This document shows, in pieces, positions 10,534 through 21,256 of a stretch of 64,000 nucleotides of DNA. Positions within the stretch are counted from its first letter, which is position 1; every line of letters starts with the position of its first letter. The stretch is from Candidatus Hydrogenedentota bacterium (GTDB lineage Bacteria > Hydrogenedentota > Hydrogenedentia > Hydrogenedentales > JAEUWI01), in assembly GCA_034669905.1 (NCBI GenBank), contig JAXMOL010000030.1, positions 1 through 64,000 of the forward strand, in the 5' to 3' direction. The position numbers and the translations under genes were made by a program. Below the pieces are notes generated by a model, which was not told the DNA's origin, did no database searches, and worked only from the letters and a program-made list of their open reading frames with translations.

Positions 10534-12501
10534 CTACAGATCCATGGATTCCGCGAGCAACTCCGCCACATCTTTCACCGCCACTTCCTCGTGGCCTTCC
10601 TTCTTGACGCCATCGCTCATCATGGTCATGCAGAAGGGGCAGGCCGTCGCCACGGTCGTTGCGCCGGTCGCCAGGGCTTCTTTCGCGCGCTCTGTGTTGA
10701 TGTTGGTGCCGATGGTTTCTTCCATCCACATGCGGCCCCCACCCGCGCCACAGCAAAAACTGTTTTCGCGGTTGCGCGGCATCTCGGTGGCCCCCGCGCC
10801 GTGGGCCGCCTGAATTAAATCCCGCGGGGCATCAGCCACGTCGTTGTAGCGGGCGAGGTAGCAGGAATCGTGGTAGGTCGCGGCGGCGGCGTTCAGGGCC
10901 GGTTTCTTCGGGGTCAGCTTTCCCGTCTTGATGAGGTCTTGCAGTAACTCGGTGTGATGAATGACTTCGAAGTCCCCTCCCACCTGGGGAAACTCGCTCT
11001 TGATGCTGTTAAAGCAATGGGGACAGGCCGTGACCACCTTCTTCACGCCGTAGCCCTTCATGGTCTCCACGTTGGTCGTGGCCATCTCCTGGGCCAGCAT
11101 CTCATTGCCTATGCGCTTGGCACTGTCGCCGGTGCAGCTTTCTTCTTCACCCAGGATCCCAAACTTCACGCCGGCCTCCTGCAGCAACTTGCTGAAGGCG
11201 ACGGTCACCTTCTGGTAGCGCTGGTCATAGGAGCCCGCGCAGCCCACGAAAAAGAGGTATTCCACGTCGGCATCCTCGGCCAGGGTCTTCACCCCCACGG
11301 CTTCCGCCCACTTGCCCCGCTCGGCCTGGGGCAGTCCCCAGGGGTTGGACTGGGTCTCCACATTGCGGAGGGCGCCCTGGGCTTCCTCGGGGAATTCACC
11401 TTCCATGAGGACCCGGCCCTGGCGGATGCCAATCAACTTGCTCATGGGCTGGATTTCCACGGGGCACGCCTCTTCGCAGGCGAAACAGGAGGTGCAAGAC
11501 CAGAGCACGTCTTCGGAAATGACGTCACCAAAAAGTGCTGCTTTCGGTTCCGCCACGGAGTCCTTCAATAGCGCGGGCCCTTCGGCGAAAAGATGGGCCT
11601 TGAGATCGAGAACTACCTTTTTCGGACTCAGGGGCTTCCCTGTGTTGTAGGCCGGGCAGGCCTCCTGGCAACGTCCGCATTCGGTGCAGGCGGTCAGGTC
11701 GAGCAATTCCTTGGCGGTAAAGTCGGTGATCTTCAGGATACCGAACTGCTCGGCGTCTTCGTCTTCCAGGTCGAGGTTTGGAATCCGCCCCTTGATGCGT
11801 TCTTCACGAAAGAAGAGGTTGGGAAGGGCCGTGACCACATGGAGGTGTTTGGAGTAGGGAATGTAGGCCAGAAAACCCAGGACCACGAGATTGTGGAGCC
11901 AATGGAAGACGCCGTATGCGATGGGATAGGCGCCCTTCCCCACCGGTCCGTCGCCCAAGGTCAGTGCCCGAAGCCCATCGGCAATGGGGGTAAACCCCGG
12001 TTTGTCCGTGATGACCTGGAGGGCATAGAAGGCGACAATGAGTACCGTGATGAGGCCCAGGATGACGAGGGCATCGACGGTGTGGGACAGGGGCCCTTCG
12101 AGACGCTTCGGCTTCGTCACCAGGCGACGCCACAGGGCCGCCCCGATGGCGAGCAACACGAGGGCACCGATGAAATCCTGGGAAGTATTCATGAACCAAT
12201 AGATGGGCCCCAGGAATGAAAAACTGAAGGGGGCGTAAAGTCCACTGACGAGTCCTTCGATGGTGCCGAAGGTGAGCACGAAGAAGCCCCAGAAAATGAA
12301 GGCGTGGCCCAGGCCCGAGGGTTTCCGCAGGACGAGCTTCTGTCCGAAGCCCTTGACGGCCAGGTCGGCGATGCGACGGGGCAGCGCGTCCAATCCCAGG
12401 GTGCCCTGTCCCAGATTCACCCACCGATAGACCTGCCACAGACGGTGAAAAAAGACGGCGTGGGCCGCGACGATCAGGATTAGAAGGAGAAGAGCGCTCA
12501 T
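10534..12501 (-). CDS. Membrane-bound Fe-S oxidoreductase (FadF/HdrD-like, CCG domains)
   Basis: N-terminal TM helices; CTECGRCQEACP and CTSCFACEEACP ferredoxin motifs; ACPHC, YHDSC, CCGAGGG, ACPFC. Confidence 0.9.
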   Translation of the reverse strand: MSALLLLILIVAAHAVFFHRLWQVYRWVNLGQGTLGLDALPRRIADLAVKGFGQKLVLRKPSGLGHAFIFWGFFVLTFGTIEGLVSGLYAPFSFSFLGPIYWFMNTSQDFIGALVLLAIGAALWRRLVTKPKRLEGPLSHTVDALVILGLITVLIVAFYALQVITDKPGFTPIADGLRALTLGDGPVGKGAYPIAYGVFHWLHNLVVLGFLAYIPYSKHLHVVTALPNLFFREERIKGRIPNLDLEDEDAEQFGILKITDFTAKELLDLTACTECGRCQEACPAYNTGKPLSPKKVVLDLKAHLFAEGPALLKDSVAEPKAALFGDVISEDVLWSCTSCFACEEACPVEIQPMSKLIGIRQGRVLMEGEFPEEAQGALRNVETQSNPWGLPQAERGKWAEAVGVKTLAEDADVEYLFFVGCAGSYDQRYQKVTVAFSKLLQEAGVKFGILGEEESCTGDSAKRIGNEMLAQEMATTNVETMKGYGVKKVVTACPHCFNSIKSEFPQVGGDFEVIHHTELLQDLIKTGKLTPKKPALNAAAATYHDSCYLARYNDVADAPRDLIQAAHGAGATEMPRNRENSFCCGAGGGRMWMEETIGTNINTERAKEALATGATTVATACPFCMTMMSDGVKKEGHEEVAVKDVAELLAESMDL

Positions 12502-12539
12502 CGTGTTTTCAATCCTATCGATAAAAACGGAATTTACTC

Positions 12540-12804
12540 AACCACGAATAAACACGAATTCACACGAATCTTATTGACCGCAGGCATGGCAGAAACCCCA
12601 AAAGTACTTCTACGCGGTTAGTCGTAGTATTGCCGTGTCCTTCAGTGCCTTCCGTGGTCAATTGAGTTAGACGCGACCTAACTCTGTCAGATGGTAGTAG
12701 GAATTCACCGAAATGACAACGACACCCGAGTAGCGAATGATGTGGCACTTAGCGTCATACGCTCAATCGTTCTTATTCGTGTAAATTCGTGTTCATTCGT
12801 GGTT
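12540..12804. repeat. 30-bp imperfect inverted repeat built from CACGAAT units (REP-like)
   Basis: aaccacgaataaacacgaattcacacgaat (12540-12569) vs attcgtgtaaattcgtgttcattcgtggtt (12775-12804), 2 mismatches. Confidence 0.85.
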
Positions 12805-12826
12805 CAAAAACGTTCCCGTCGTTCGT

Positions 12827-13789
12827 TCAGCCTTTGGCCTGTTTTACGGCCTCGGTGAGCAGGGGACAAATCTCAAACAAGTCCCCCACGATGCCGTAAT
12901 CACAAATCTTGAAGATATTGGCCTGGGGGTCTTTGTTGATGGCGACGATAACCCGCGAAGTCCGCATGCCCGCCTGGTGCTGAATCGCACCGGAAATGCC
13001 ACAGGCCACATAGACATCGGGACTGACGACTTTGCCGGTTTGTCCGACTTGGTGGGAATGGTGAATCCATCCCGCATCCACCACGGCGCGGCTCGCCCCG
13101 AAGGCGGCTCCCATGGCGGTGGCGAGGGCTTCCACCACGGGCAGATGCTCGGGACCACCGACACCCCGCCCTGCGGACACGACGATCTTCGCCTCGGTCA
13201 GCTCGACGGTGCCCGTGGCCGCTTCAGCCGCTTCTTTCAACACGGTGCGCAACGATACCGAGGGCATATCCCGGTGTAGCACCTCCGGCGCCCCGTCGCC
13301 GGACCGTACGACGGCCGTCACATTGGGACGGAGGGAAAGCATGGCCGGCGAATCATTGATAATGACATCAGAGACCACCTTGCCGGCATAGACCGGCTTC
13401 GTCGCATGGACGCCATTTTCCCACCGGCATCCGATGGCATCCTGAACAAGCTCTACGCCCAGACGGGCGGCCACCGAGGCACACAACTCTTTTCCCAGGG
13501 CCGAGGCCGAGCCGATAATCACCGTAGCGCCCAGTTCTTCCACGAGGTCACGCACGATGGGAACATAGGCATCATTGGAATAGTGGCCGAGGTCGCTGTG
13601 CTCGTAGGCATAGACCGATTTAATGCCAAAGCCCTTTAGGTCGGCTGCCTGGTCGGCGAGGGATTGCCCGATGTATACCGCGTTAAGTTCCAGGCCCGAT
13701 GCCCGGGCGATCGCAGCGGCTGCCGTGGCAACTTCCAGGGCGCTGGGTTTCAACGTGCCCCGTTGCTCCAGTAACACCAATACACTCAT
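12827..13789 (-). CDS. etfA: Electron transfer flavoprotein subunit alpha
   Basis: GASRAVVDAGW, QVGQTGKVV, GISGAIQHQAGM, AINKDP motifs. Confidence 0.95.
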   Translation of the reverse strand: MSVLVLLEQRGTLKPSALEVATAAAAIARASGLELNAVYIGQSLADQAADLKGFGIKSVYAYEHSDLGHYSNDAYVPIVRDLVEELGATVIIGSASALGKELCASVAARLGVELVQDAIGCRWENGVHATKPVYAGKVVSDVIINDSPAMLSLRPNVTAVVRSGDGAPEVLHRDMPSVSLRTVLKEAAEAATGTVELTEAKIVVSAGRGVGGPEHLPVVEALATAMGAAFGASRAVVDAGWIHHSHQVGQTGKVVSPDVYVACGISGAIQHQAGMRTSRVIVAINKDPQANIFKICDYGIVGDLFEICPLLTEAVKQAKG

Positions 13790-13842
13790 CGATATGTCCT
13801 TGCTGATAGACGTTCACGATACGACACGAAAAGAATCGTGTT

Positions 13843-13926
13843 GTCATCCCTGCGAAGGCGGGGAGCCAGCCGTGTCGTGGGGGGTGATCTCGACTCTTCC
13901 TGGATCCCCACCTTCGTGGGAATGAC
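13843..13926. repeat. REP-like inverted repeat pair
   Basis: gtcatccctgcgaaggcggggagcca / tggatccccaccttcgtgggaatgac. Confidence 0.8.
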
Positions 13927-13993
13927 GTCGTGGCCCATCGCCCTATGTAAACGTATAGACTCGTTTGATTCGATTGTACGACCGGAGAATCGG

Positions 13994-14770
13994 CTAGAGA
14001 ACTTTTTCGTCTTCCTTCAGCACCTGCACCAAGGCCGCCACCTGGCTGGCACTGTCACCTTCCAGGAGTTTGTTCAGGCGCTCCTGGCGGGGCAGGCTCA
14101 TCTGGGTAACCGTCACCTTGGCGGCGAGGTCGGCGGCGTTGAGCCCCAAATCAACGAGGGACTTTTCATCCAGGGGCTTCTTCTTCGCCTTCATGATATT
14201 GGGGAGCTTGGGATAATCCGGTTTGTTGATGCCCTTTTCGGTGGTGAACACCGCGGGCAGGGGCACCTCTAAGGTGAGCAGTCCCCCCTCAATCTCCCGA
14301 TCCACCGTGGCGGTCGTGCCTTCGAGCGCAAAACGGGTGACCACAGACGCATGGGACCAGCCCAGCAACTCCGCGACCCGCTCAGGAATCTGAGAGCCGT
14401 CATCGTCTACGGCCTGCTTTCCGGCGAAGACGACATCGGGGGCTTCTTCGCGGACCACGGCGGACAGGGCCTCCGCAATACCGCGGTGCCCCAGGTTGCT
14501 GACCCCATCCCCCGTAATCAGGATGGCCCGGTCGGCACCCATGGCCAACGCGGTGAGCAGCTTTTCCTTGTCTTCGGGGGGGCCCAGGGTCACCACCACG
14601 ACATCGCCACCCGTCGCCCCTTTGAGGTTTACCGCTTCTTGCACGGCATGCTCATCGTAGGGACTCATGACGAATTTCAGGCGACTCGTATCGACGCCCG
14701 TTTGCGCCGTGTTGATCTCAAACACCGATGCCGTATCCGGCACCCGCTTAATCAGTACAACTGACTTCAC
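13994..14770 (-). CDS. etfB: Electron transfer flavoprotein subunit beta
   Basis: IKRVPD, ALAMGAD, AGKQAVDDD, REIEGG, IMKAKKKP motifs. Confidence 0.95.
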   Translation of the reverse strand: MKSVVLIKRVPDTASVFEINTAQTGVDTSRLKFVMSPYDEHAVQEAVNLKGATGGDVVVVTLGPPEDKEKLLTALAMGADRAILITGDGVSNLGHRGIAEALSAVVREEAPDVVFAGKQAVDDDGSQIPERVAELLGWSHASVVTRFALEGTTATVDREIEGGLLTLEVPLPAVFTTEKGINKPDYPKLPNIMKAKKKPLDEKSLVDLGLNAADLAAKVTVTQMSLPRQERLNKLLEGDSASQVAALVQVLKEDEKVL

Positions 14771-14828
14771 CGTTGCTCCTCCATTACCTCAACAGCCAGC
14801 CCCATCCCGCCGTGCTGCGACGGCCCCA

Positions 14829-15305
14829 TCAGTCCGATGGGTTGTCTTTTTCTACCCGACGCATGTACATGACCTTCCACTCGCCGGCCTGGCACACCTT
14901 ACCCCGCTGATTGGTCACCTTGATATCAAAGACAATCAGGCCCGAATCGGGTTTGCGTGTCGGATGCTTCTCTTTGACCGTTTGGGTCACCCGGATGGTG
15001 TCACCGATGAGAATCGGGCGCTTGAATTCCCACGAAATCCCCAACCAGGCAATCAGCATGTGCTGCTGTGCGCCGGGATTGCGGGTCACGAGACCGGAAC
15101 TGACCGACAGACCGAGCATTCCGTGGGCGATGCGCTGCCCGAAATGCATACTGGCTGCATACTCTTCGTCGGTGTGAATACGGTTGTAATCACCGGACAC
15201 ACCGGCAAAATTGACGATATCCGCCTCCGTGATGGTACGCCCGGGGGTGAGCGCACTGTCGTCCACATTCAGATCTTCGTAGTAGATACCGTCTACAGTT
15301 TCCAC
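14829..15305 (-). CDS. MaoC-family (hotdog) dehydratase
   Basis: RTITEAD...FAGVSGDYNRIH...IAHG motif. Confidence 0.9.
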   Translation of the reverse strand: METVDGIYYEDLNVDDSALTPGRTITEADIVNFAGVSGDYNRIHTDEEYAASMHFGQRIAHGMLGLSVSSGLVTRNPGAQQHMLIAWLGISWEFKRPILIGDTIRVTQTVKEKHPTRKPDSGLIVFDIKVTNQRGKVCQAGEWKVMYMRRVEKDNPSD

Positions 15306-15410
15306 GAAATACTCCTCTTATACCTGACACTAAGTCGGCCAGTGTAGCACTGGTACGGTGAACCGTCAACCCGGTGGCGTGGAAACGCCACAAAGCTTAT
15401 AAGCACGCTG

Positions 15411-16595
15411 CTACCGCGTGCCCCGATAGAACTCCGACAAGCCCCGGGCCAGGATACGGCCCGACTCCACATTCTCTTCTTTTGTATACAACGCACCGGC
15501 ACCTTCACAGAGAAAGCCCGAGATTCCAAATTGCTTGTGGGGACCGCCAGACCAATAGGTGCCATTGGCCTCATTGGTCCGCGCCTTCAACGGAATAATC
15601 AGCCCGGTGGGGTCGAGGCGATGCAAAATGGCCTCAAACTCCTCGACGGAGCCCACTTTCGTACCGAATTCCGGACCGGGACGCACCAGGGGTTCCACGT
15701 TGCCGCCCCAGGTGTGCATACTCCAGATGGAGGTCACCGGTGCCTCACCGGCCATGAGCCCTTCCAGATCTTTTTGTACCAGATAGGCTTCGTGGGCCTG
15801 CTTTTCTTCATCGGCACCACCCTCAAAATAGGAGCGGTTCATATCGATGCCCTGCTGATTCACGCGATACCAGCCATTGGAAGGTGCGTCGGGACTCATG
15901 AAGGGGACGACGTGAAATATCATTCGGTCGCGACAGTCCGCCCCCGCATCACTCAAAAGCCACTCCATCAGGCCGACGATGCGCCAGTGGGAATTGAACT
16001 CGCCCGGATGTTGGTTGGACACGTGGTGTACCCAGCGATTGGCCCGGGGCGTGGCGCTTTTTGCACCCGTGATTTCGAAGCGCCAGAGATCCCGGCCGCC
16101 GAGAGACGTGCCGAGCTTGACGGCCTGCACATCGGGGTGGGCTTCCCACTGCGCCTTGAACCGCAAGAAATCGTCGTAGGAAAACGGTACCTGATGCCCC
16201 ACATAGACGGTGTCTTCGGTGAAGGTAGGAAACACCAGCGTGTCATCGGTCTTGGAGCCCTTCCGCCCCTTCTCCCACTGCACGGGATGCCAGTTTACCT
16301 GGTCATAGGAATAGGAGTAGAAGTATTCGTTGAACTGATACGACCCGCCCACGGGGAAGGAAACGTCCAGCGTCAGATTGTTTCCCTTGGCATGACGCAG
16401 GATAGTGAACTGGGCCTTGTTCGACCAGGTCGGCTGGTTGGGGGCATGACCGAGGGTCATCTTGAAATGGTTGGTATCGACCGCCTCAATACGTGCCCCG
16501 GCGGAACCCAAGGGCCCCTCCACCGTGAAATCGTCTACCTCAAGCGTCTGTGCCCCACTGATAACCGCAAGACAAAGGGAAAGCAAAACAGACAT
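15411..16595 (-). CDS. M14-like zinc carboxypeptidase, exported
   Basis: QHPGE, DMNR, SMHT motifs; signal peptide. Confidence 0.75.
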   Translation of the reverse strand: MSVLLSLCLAVISGAQTLEVDDFTVEGPLGSAGARIEAVDTNHFKMTLGHAPNQPTWSNKAQFTILRHAKGNNLTLDVSFPVGGSYQFNEYFYSYSYDQVNWHPVQWEKGRKGSKTDDTLVFPTFTEDTVYVGHQVPFSYDDFLRFKAQWEAHPDVQAVKLGTSLGGRDLWRFEITGAKSATPRANRWVHHVSNQHPGEFNSHWRIVGLMEWLLSDAGADCRDRMIFHVVPFMSPDAPSNGWYRVNQQGIDMNRSYFEGGADEEKQAHEAYLVQKDLEGLMAGEAPVTSIWSMHTWGGNVEPLVRPGPEFGTKVGSVEEFEAILHRLDPTGLIIPLKARTNEANGTYWSGGPHKQFGISGFLCEGAGALYTKEENVESGRILARGLSEFYRGTR

Positions 16596-16702
16596 AACAG
16601 ACTCCTGAAGATGGTTTCGTAGGTGAAGCGCGCCATTATAGCGAAACTTTCACCCCGGTGCGACCCCGCCACCCCGAGGGCGGCGACGGGCATAGACCCG
16701 CG

Positions 16703-18574
16703 TCAGGCCGCCTTCTTCTCCTTCGCCTGCTGTTTTTCCATCCAATCCCGCCATTTCTTGATGTATTTATCCCGCCCTTCACCCGGTTTTGAACGGCCAA
16801 GTGGCGATTTGGGGTCCACATTCTGAATGCGTCCCGTCAGTTCATTGAGGGTAAATCCGAGGCGGGCCAACACGTAGGGCGCCGTTTCCTCACGAAACAG
16901 GGCAAACACGGTTTCCACCTGTTCCGGAGCCACCGTACGGGTCAGTCCGTAGGCCGCGCGCTCCCGGATCGCCGCCGCAGTATCCGTCGCCTTCAGGAGA
17001 TCGAGATAGAGTTGGGTCGCCGCTTCCGGATCACCGTGAAAGTGGAGGGCCCCAATCAAGGCGACGCGTGTATAGGAGTCTTGCCCGGAATCACGCACCG
17101 TCGCCACCACGGTTTCAGTAGCCGTCGGATCCATGGCAATTTCCAGGGCACGTGCAATTTCACGCCGAACATGCAAGTCGGCGTCATTCAGATAGGGCAA
17201 CAGGGATTCGGAGACCGTCGCGGAGCCAATTTGACGAATCGCGGTGGCAGCCGCCTGACGCAGCGCCGGGTCTTCTTCCGACAGGAAGGCCACGAGCTTG
17301 GGGGCCGCGGGCAGGTAGCTCATGCCGCCCAGCTCCACCACCGCCTCACGCAGCGCCTCCCCTTCGGCACCGTCGAGTTTCGCCATCACCGATTGGGGGA
17401 CAGCCTCATCCCGCCAGATCACGTGGTAGTCGATTTCGATGATGGCTTCCGTTTCTTTCGACCAGCAGAAGGTCCGGAACCATACCCGATCATCCCCCAT
17501 GTGGAAGACGGTGTAGGTGGGCTGGTCGTAGGGTTTGCCATGGTCATTTACCGCCGTGAACCAGTCGGGATAGTTGGCCCCAATGTCCCCGCCATTGACG
17601 AGGTAAAGGGTTCCCTTCTCATCGTCCCGCTTGCCGGCGCGAATCGAATGGAGCCGTTCGTAAATGTGGGTGTGCCCCGCCAGGTCCAAGGTCACATTAT
17701 GGCGATCCAGCGCATCCGCGAGGGGCTTGAAGGTAGAGGTCCCCATCTCCTTGCGCTTGTCGTTGGGGGACGCGTAACCGGTGCAATACACGGGGAAGTG
17801 GTGGGCCGCAATCTTCCATTGGGCATCTTGTTCCGGCAGATTTTTATCCAGCCATTCCACCGTCGCGGCACCGGCCGTCTGCTCAAAGGAAATAAGCGAA
17901 AAATGGGTGTTGCCCCACGTAAAGTCGGCAAAGGGCTCCCCGTCACCAGGCAGCTCATGGTATTGGGCAAACCAATCCTGCTCCGGGTCGAAGATCTGTG
18001 AGCCTTCGTGATTGCCCCGCGCCGTCACCATCCAGAGATGGTCGGTGAGGGTCTTGAAGCGGTCGAAATGCTCCGGCCACTGTTCGTACGTGTGCCCATT
18101 GGGAACCAAGTCCCCCATCGTGAGGTAAAACTCGGGCTTCCACTGTGCCGCGTGGGCCTGCATCTTTGTTTCTTCCCAACGATTGCTCCAACGGCGGGAA
18201 TCGCCAATCAACACAAAGGTGATGGGCCGGGCCGTCGCGGGTGCGGTGGTGAAGGTAGACTTTTGGACATCATCCCCACAACGGACTTCGTAGTGGTAGG
18301 TGCTCTCGGCCTTGAGTCCCGTTACGCGGACGCGATGGATGGTCGCCTCGGTTTCCCCGGAGGCCTTCATGCCGAGTGTGGCGTCCGTTCCATAGGCCAC
18401 GACGCCGACCTCGGGTTCTTTACTCTCCCAGATGAGGGTAACACTGTCCTGGGTTATGTTGTTCAGGTGGGGCGGGATGTAGAATGCTTGTTCGGCATGG
18501 GCCACCGCTCCCAGCATTCCCCACACCGCTGCCAGCAACAGACAACCGGCAGAAAAACGTGATGACAACAACAT
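16703..18574 (-). CDS. Purple-acid-phosphatase-type metallophosphoesterase with FN3-like N-domain and C-terminal HEAT-like repeats
   Basis: GDS, GDL, GNHE, GHTHIYER motifs; HEAT-like C-terminus. Confidence 0.85.
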   Translation of the reverse strand: MLLSSRFSAGCLLLAAVWGMLGAVAHAEQAFYIPPHLNNITQDSVTLIWESKEPEVGVVAYGTDATLGMKASGETEATIHRVRVTGLKAESTYHYEVRCGDDVQKSTFTTAPATARPITFVLIGDSRRWSNRWEETKMQAHAAQWKPEFYLTMGDLVPNGHTYEQWPEHFDRFKTLTDHLWMVTARGNHEGSQIFDPEQDWFAQYHELPGDGEPFADFTWGNTHFSLISFEQTAGAATVEWLDKNLPEQDAQWKIAAHHFPVYCTGYASPNDKRKEMGTSTFKPLADALDRHNVTLDLAGHTHIYERLHSIRAGKRDDEKGTLYLVNGGDIGANYPDWFTAVNDHGKPYDQPTYTVFHMGDDRVWFRTFCWSKETEAIIEIDYHVIWRDEAVPQSVMAKLDGAEGEALREAVVELGGMSYLPAAPKLVAFLSEEDPALRQAAATAIRQIGSATVSESLLPYLNDADLHVRREIARALEIAMDPTATETVVATVRDSGQDSYTRVALIGALHFHGDPEAATQLYLDLLKATDTAAAIRERAAYGLTRTVAPEQVETVFALFREETAPYVLARLGFTLNELTGRIQNVDPKSPLGRSKPGEGRDKYIKKWRDWMEKQQAKEKKAA

Positions 18575-18679
18575 GGACCTATCTCCTCACAAAAGTCGAT
18601 TCATCGCGGCTCAAGAACCCCCCGAGTATAACAAAAAGCGCACAAAACCGCTCGTTGCGGTAGCCGACATCTTGCGGTA

Positions 18680-20161
18680 GTGGAATCCCGCTCGGCATAC
18701 TGGGCGAATTGTCTACAGCCCCGGAAGGAATCACTCATGGTTGCATGTTGTCGTATCGTCATCGTGTGGGGCTTAGCGTGGGCTTCTGCCGTCCTCGCCG
18801 CGCCGCCCAATGTGCTCTTCATTATCTCCGATGACCTCAGTGCCGAGGCGCTGTCAAGCTATGGCAACGTCCAGTGTAAAACGCCCCACATCGACCGGCT
18901 GGCTGAGAAGGGGGTTCGTTTTACCCGGGCCTATTCCCAATACCCCGTCTGTGGTCCTTCCCGTGCCGCCCTCATGTCCGGCATGTATCCGCCCGCCCTT
19001 GGCGTGATGAGCAACGGCGGCTCCGACCACTTCACCGAACGCCTTGGCACACGGCCCTCCCTCGCACAGCATTTCAAATCCAGCGGTTACTACACCGCGC
19101 GGGTGAGTAAGATTTATCACATGCGTGTGCCCGGCGATATCACGGCCGGGGTCGACGGGCCGGACCACCTCGCCTCGTGGACCGAGCGTTTCAACTGCCA
19201 GGGCCCCGAGTGGATGAGTAAAGGCACCCACGAACATTGGACGAATGAGAAGCTCAATCGGGACCCCAACAAGCACTATGGCCTGGGCTTCGGCGGGGCC
19301 TTCTATGTGGTGAAGGGCGACACGGATGGCGCGGAGCAGCCCGACGTGCAGGCGGCCACGAAGGCCATTTCGTTGCTGGAAGCCCACCAGGAAAAGCCCT
19401 TCTTCCTGGCTGTCGGTTTGGTACGGCCTCATGTACCGCTGGTGGCACCGGCGGCCTATTACGACCCCTACCCCGCCGAAGCGATGAAGTTGCCCGCCCA
19501 GATTCCCGGCGACTGGGACGACATTCCCAAAGCGGGCATTACCAAAAACAGCGCCGCTATCGGCATGGACACCGCCGAATCGAAGCAGGCCGTGCTCAGC
19601 GCCTACTATGCGTCGGTCGCCTTCATGGATGCTCAGGTAGGTCGCATGGTGGATGCGCTGGACCGCTTGGGACTGCGGGAGAATACCATCGTGGTCTTCA
19701 CGAGCGACCATGGCTATCACCTTGGGGAGCACGAGTTCTGGCAGAAGATGAGTCTCCACGAAGAGTCCGTGCGCATCCCGCTGATTATTAATGCCCCGCG
19801 GACGGCCCCTGCGGTGACCGACAGCCTCGCCCAGCAGATTGACCTCTACCCCACCCTCGCGGAACTGGCGGGGCTGGAAACGCCTGACCATCTCCAAGGG
19901 AGGAGCCTCGCCCCCGTACTGAAATCGCCCGACACGGTGGTTCATGAGGCGGTCTACACCTGCATGCGCAAAGACCACCTCCTCACCACGAAGCGCTGGT
20001 CCTACATCCGCTACGGAGACGATACCGAAGAATTGTACGACCTGGAGAAAGACCCGCGACAGTTTTTTAATCTGGCCGGGGAGGCCGCCTATGGGGATGT
20101 GCTGGATGGACTACGCCAACAGCTGGAGGCGAAGCGGACGGCCATGGCATCTTCGAAGTAG
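18680..20161 (+). CDS. Sulfatase (iduronate-2-sulfatase-like)
   Basis: PNVLFIISDD, CGPSR, RPHVP, SDHGYHLGEH motifs; start probably 18737. Confidence 0.9.
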   Translation: MESRSAYWANCLQPRKESLMVACCRIVIVWGLAWASAVLAAPPNVLFIISDDLSAEALSSYGNVQCKTPHIDRLAEKGVRFTRAYSQYPVCGPSRAALMSGMYPPALGVMSNGGSDHFTERLGTRPSLAQHFKSSGYYTARVSKIYHMRVPGDITAGVDGPDHLASWTERFNCQGPEWMSKGTHEHWTNEKLNRDPNKHYGLGFGGAFYVVKGDTDGAEQPDVQAATKAISLLEAHQEKPFFLAVGLVRPHVPLVAPAAYYDPYPAEAMKLPAQIPGDWDDIPKAGITKNSAAIGMDTAESKQAVLSAYYASVAFMDAQVGRMVDALDRLGLRENTIVVFTSDHGYHLGEHEFWQKMSLHEESVRIPLIINAPRTAPAVTDSLAQQIDLYPTLAELAGLETPDHLQGRSLAPVLKSPDTVVHEAVYTCMRKDHLLTTKRWSYIRYGDDTEELYDLEKDPRQFFNLAGEAAYGDVLDGLRQQLEAKRTAMASSK

Positions 20162-20320
20162 GCGAAGAGACTAGTCGTGCCACGTCCACGACGCGCCACG
20201 GGGAAAAGTACCGAACCCATCTGCTATATACCTTTACAACGCGAACACTTTCACCCTTCCAAACGCAAATCTCGCACGTATTTTCTAGCGGGACAACTCC
20301 GTCTCCTCGGACCTTATCTG

Positions 20321-20983
20321 CTACTTGGCCGCCCGCTCAACCGCTTCCCGGGCCGTTACGAAGCCCTCCATGCGCTCGCGCCCCAAGATGGCTTCCAAAC
20401 GGTCCAGCAATTCCAGGAAACGACCGTGGTCGGCATATTCACCGAATGCCCATTCGGACGCCAGAAAGTGATCGTGACGATATTCGCTGCCGTCTTGGAG
20501 CAAGAAGTTCAGCTGAACGACCGGGGTCGATTCCTCCACACCGGGTTGCTGCATCAGCTGCTCCGAAAGGGAGAGGCTCTTCACGTCCTCCTCCGTGAAA
20601 CGAACCGTTTCTGTAACGGGCATTGCCACGTTCTCTCGGTAGGCGTAGGGCCGTGTGGAATCTACCCGAACCCGGAATCTGTCTTCAAAGCAGAGATAGT
20701 AAAGACTGTCAATTCGCAGCGCAACGGGTACCGGAAATACCGAAAGCCACACGGCAGGCCAATATATCCAAATCGCAACAGGAACTATCAGCGCCCAGAG
20801 CAATGAGAATTCAGACGCAAGCGCTACAAACGCCACGAGAAGAATGGCCACAATGCGAACGATACTACTCCCCCGCTTAAAAAATCCGTGCCAACTGGGA
20901 TCCCCCCACGTCATCGGACCATAGTCGATTCGACTCCCCCAAAACTCTTCCGGCGGATTATTCTTGTCCCACGGTTCAGGCAT
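20321..20983 (-). CDS. Hypothetical membrane protein
   Basis: Two TM segments and a soluble C-terminus; start uncertain (ORF track extends to 21085). Confidence 0.55.
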   Translation of the reverse strand: MPEPWDKNNPPEEFWGSRIDYGPMTWGDPSWHGFFKRGSSIVRIVAILLVAFVALASEFSLLWALIVPVAIWIYWPAVWLSVFPVPVALRIDSLYYLCFEDRFRVRVDSTRPYAYRENVAMPVTETVRFTEEDVKSLSLSEQLMQQPGVEESTPVVQLNFLLQDGSEYRHDHFLASEWAFGEYADHGRFLELLDRLEAILGRERMEGFVTAREAVERAAK

Positions 20984-21256
20984 ATGCCCCCCTTTCACTG
21001 TTTCGAGATAGGGCAATATACCACGAATTGGCAATAGAATCGCCCCGTCTCGAACCGGTGGCCGTCGTTGACCTGCGGGGGCCATAGGCGAAACACTATA
21101 TTCGTAGACGTGGCACGAGGAAATTACTCAACCCATACGCTGTGTGTTCTGAATCTATAACCCGCCCGGGTTTTGTTCCCCCACCCCATGCCTGTAGAAT
21201 GGGCCCCGAAGTGAACGCGAGGAATCGCACCCCCTTACCTGCGGAAAGAGTTTCTT

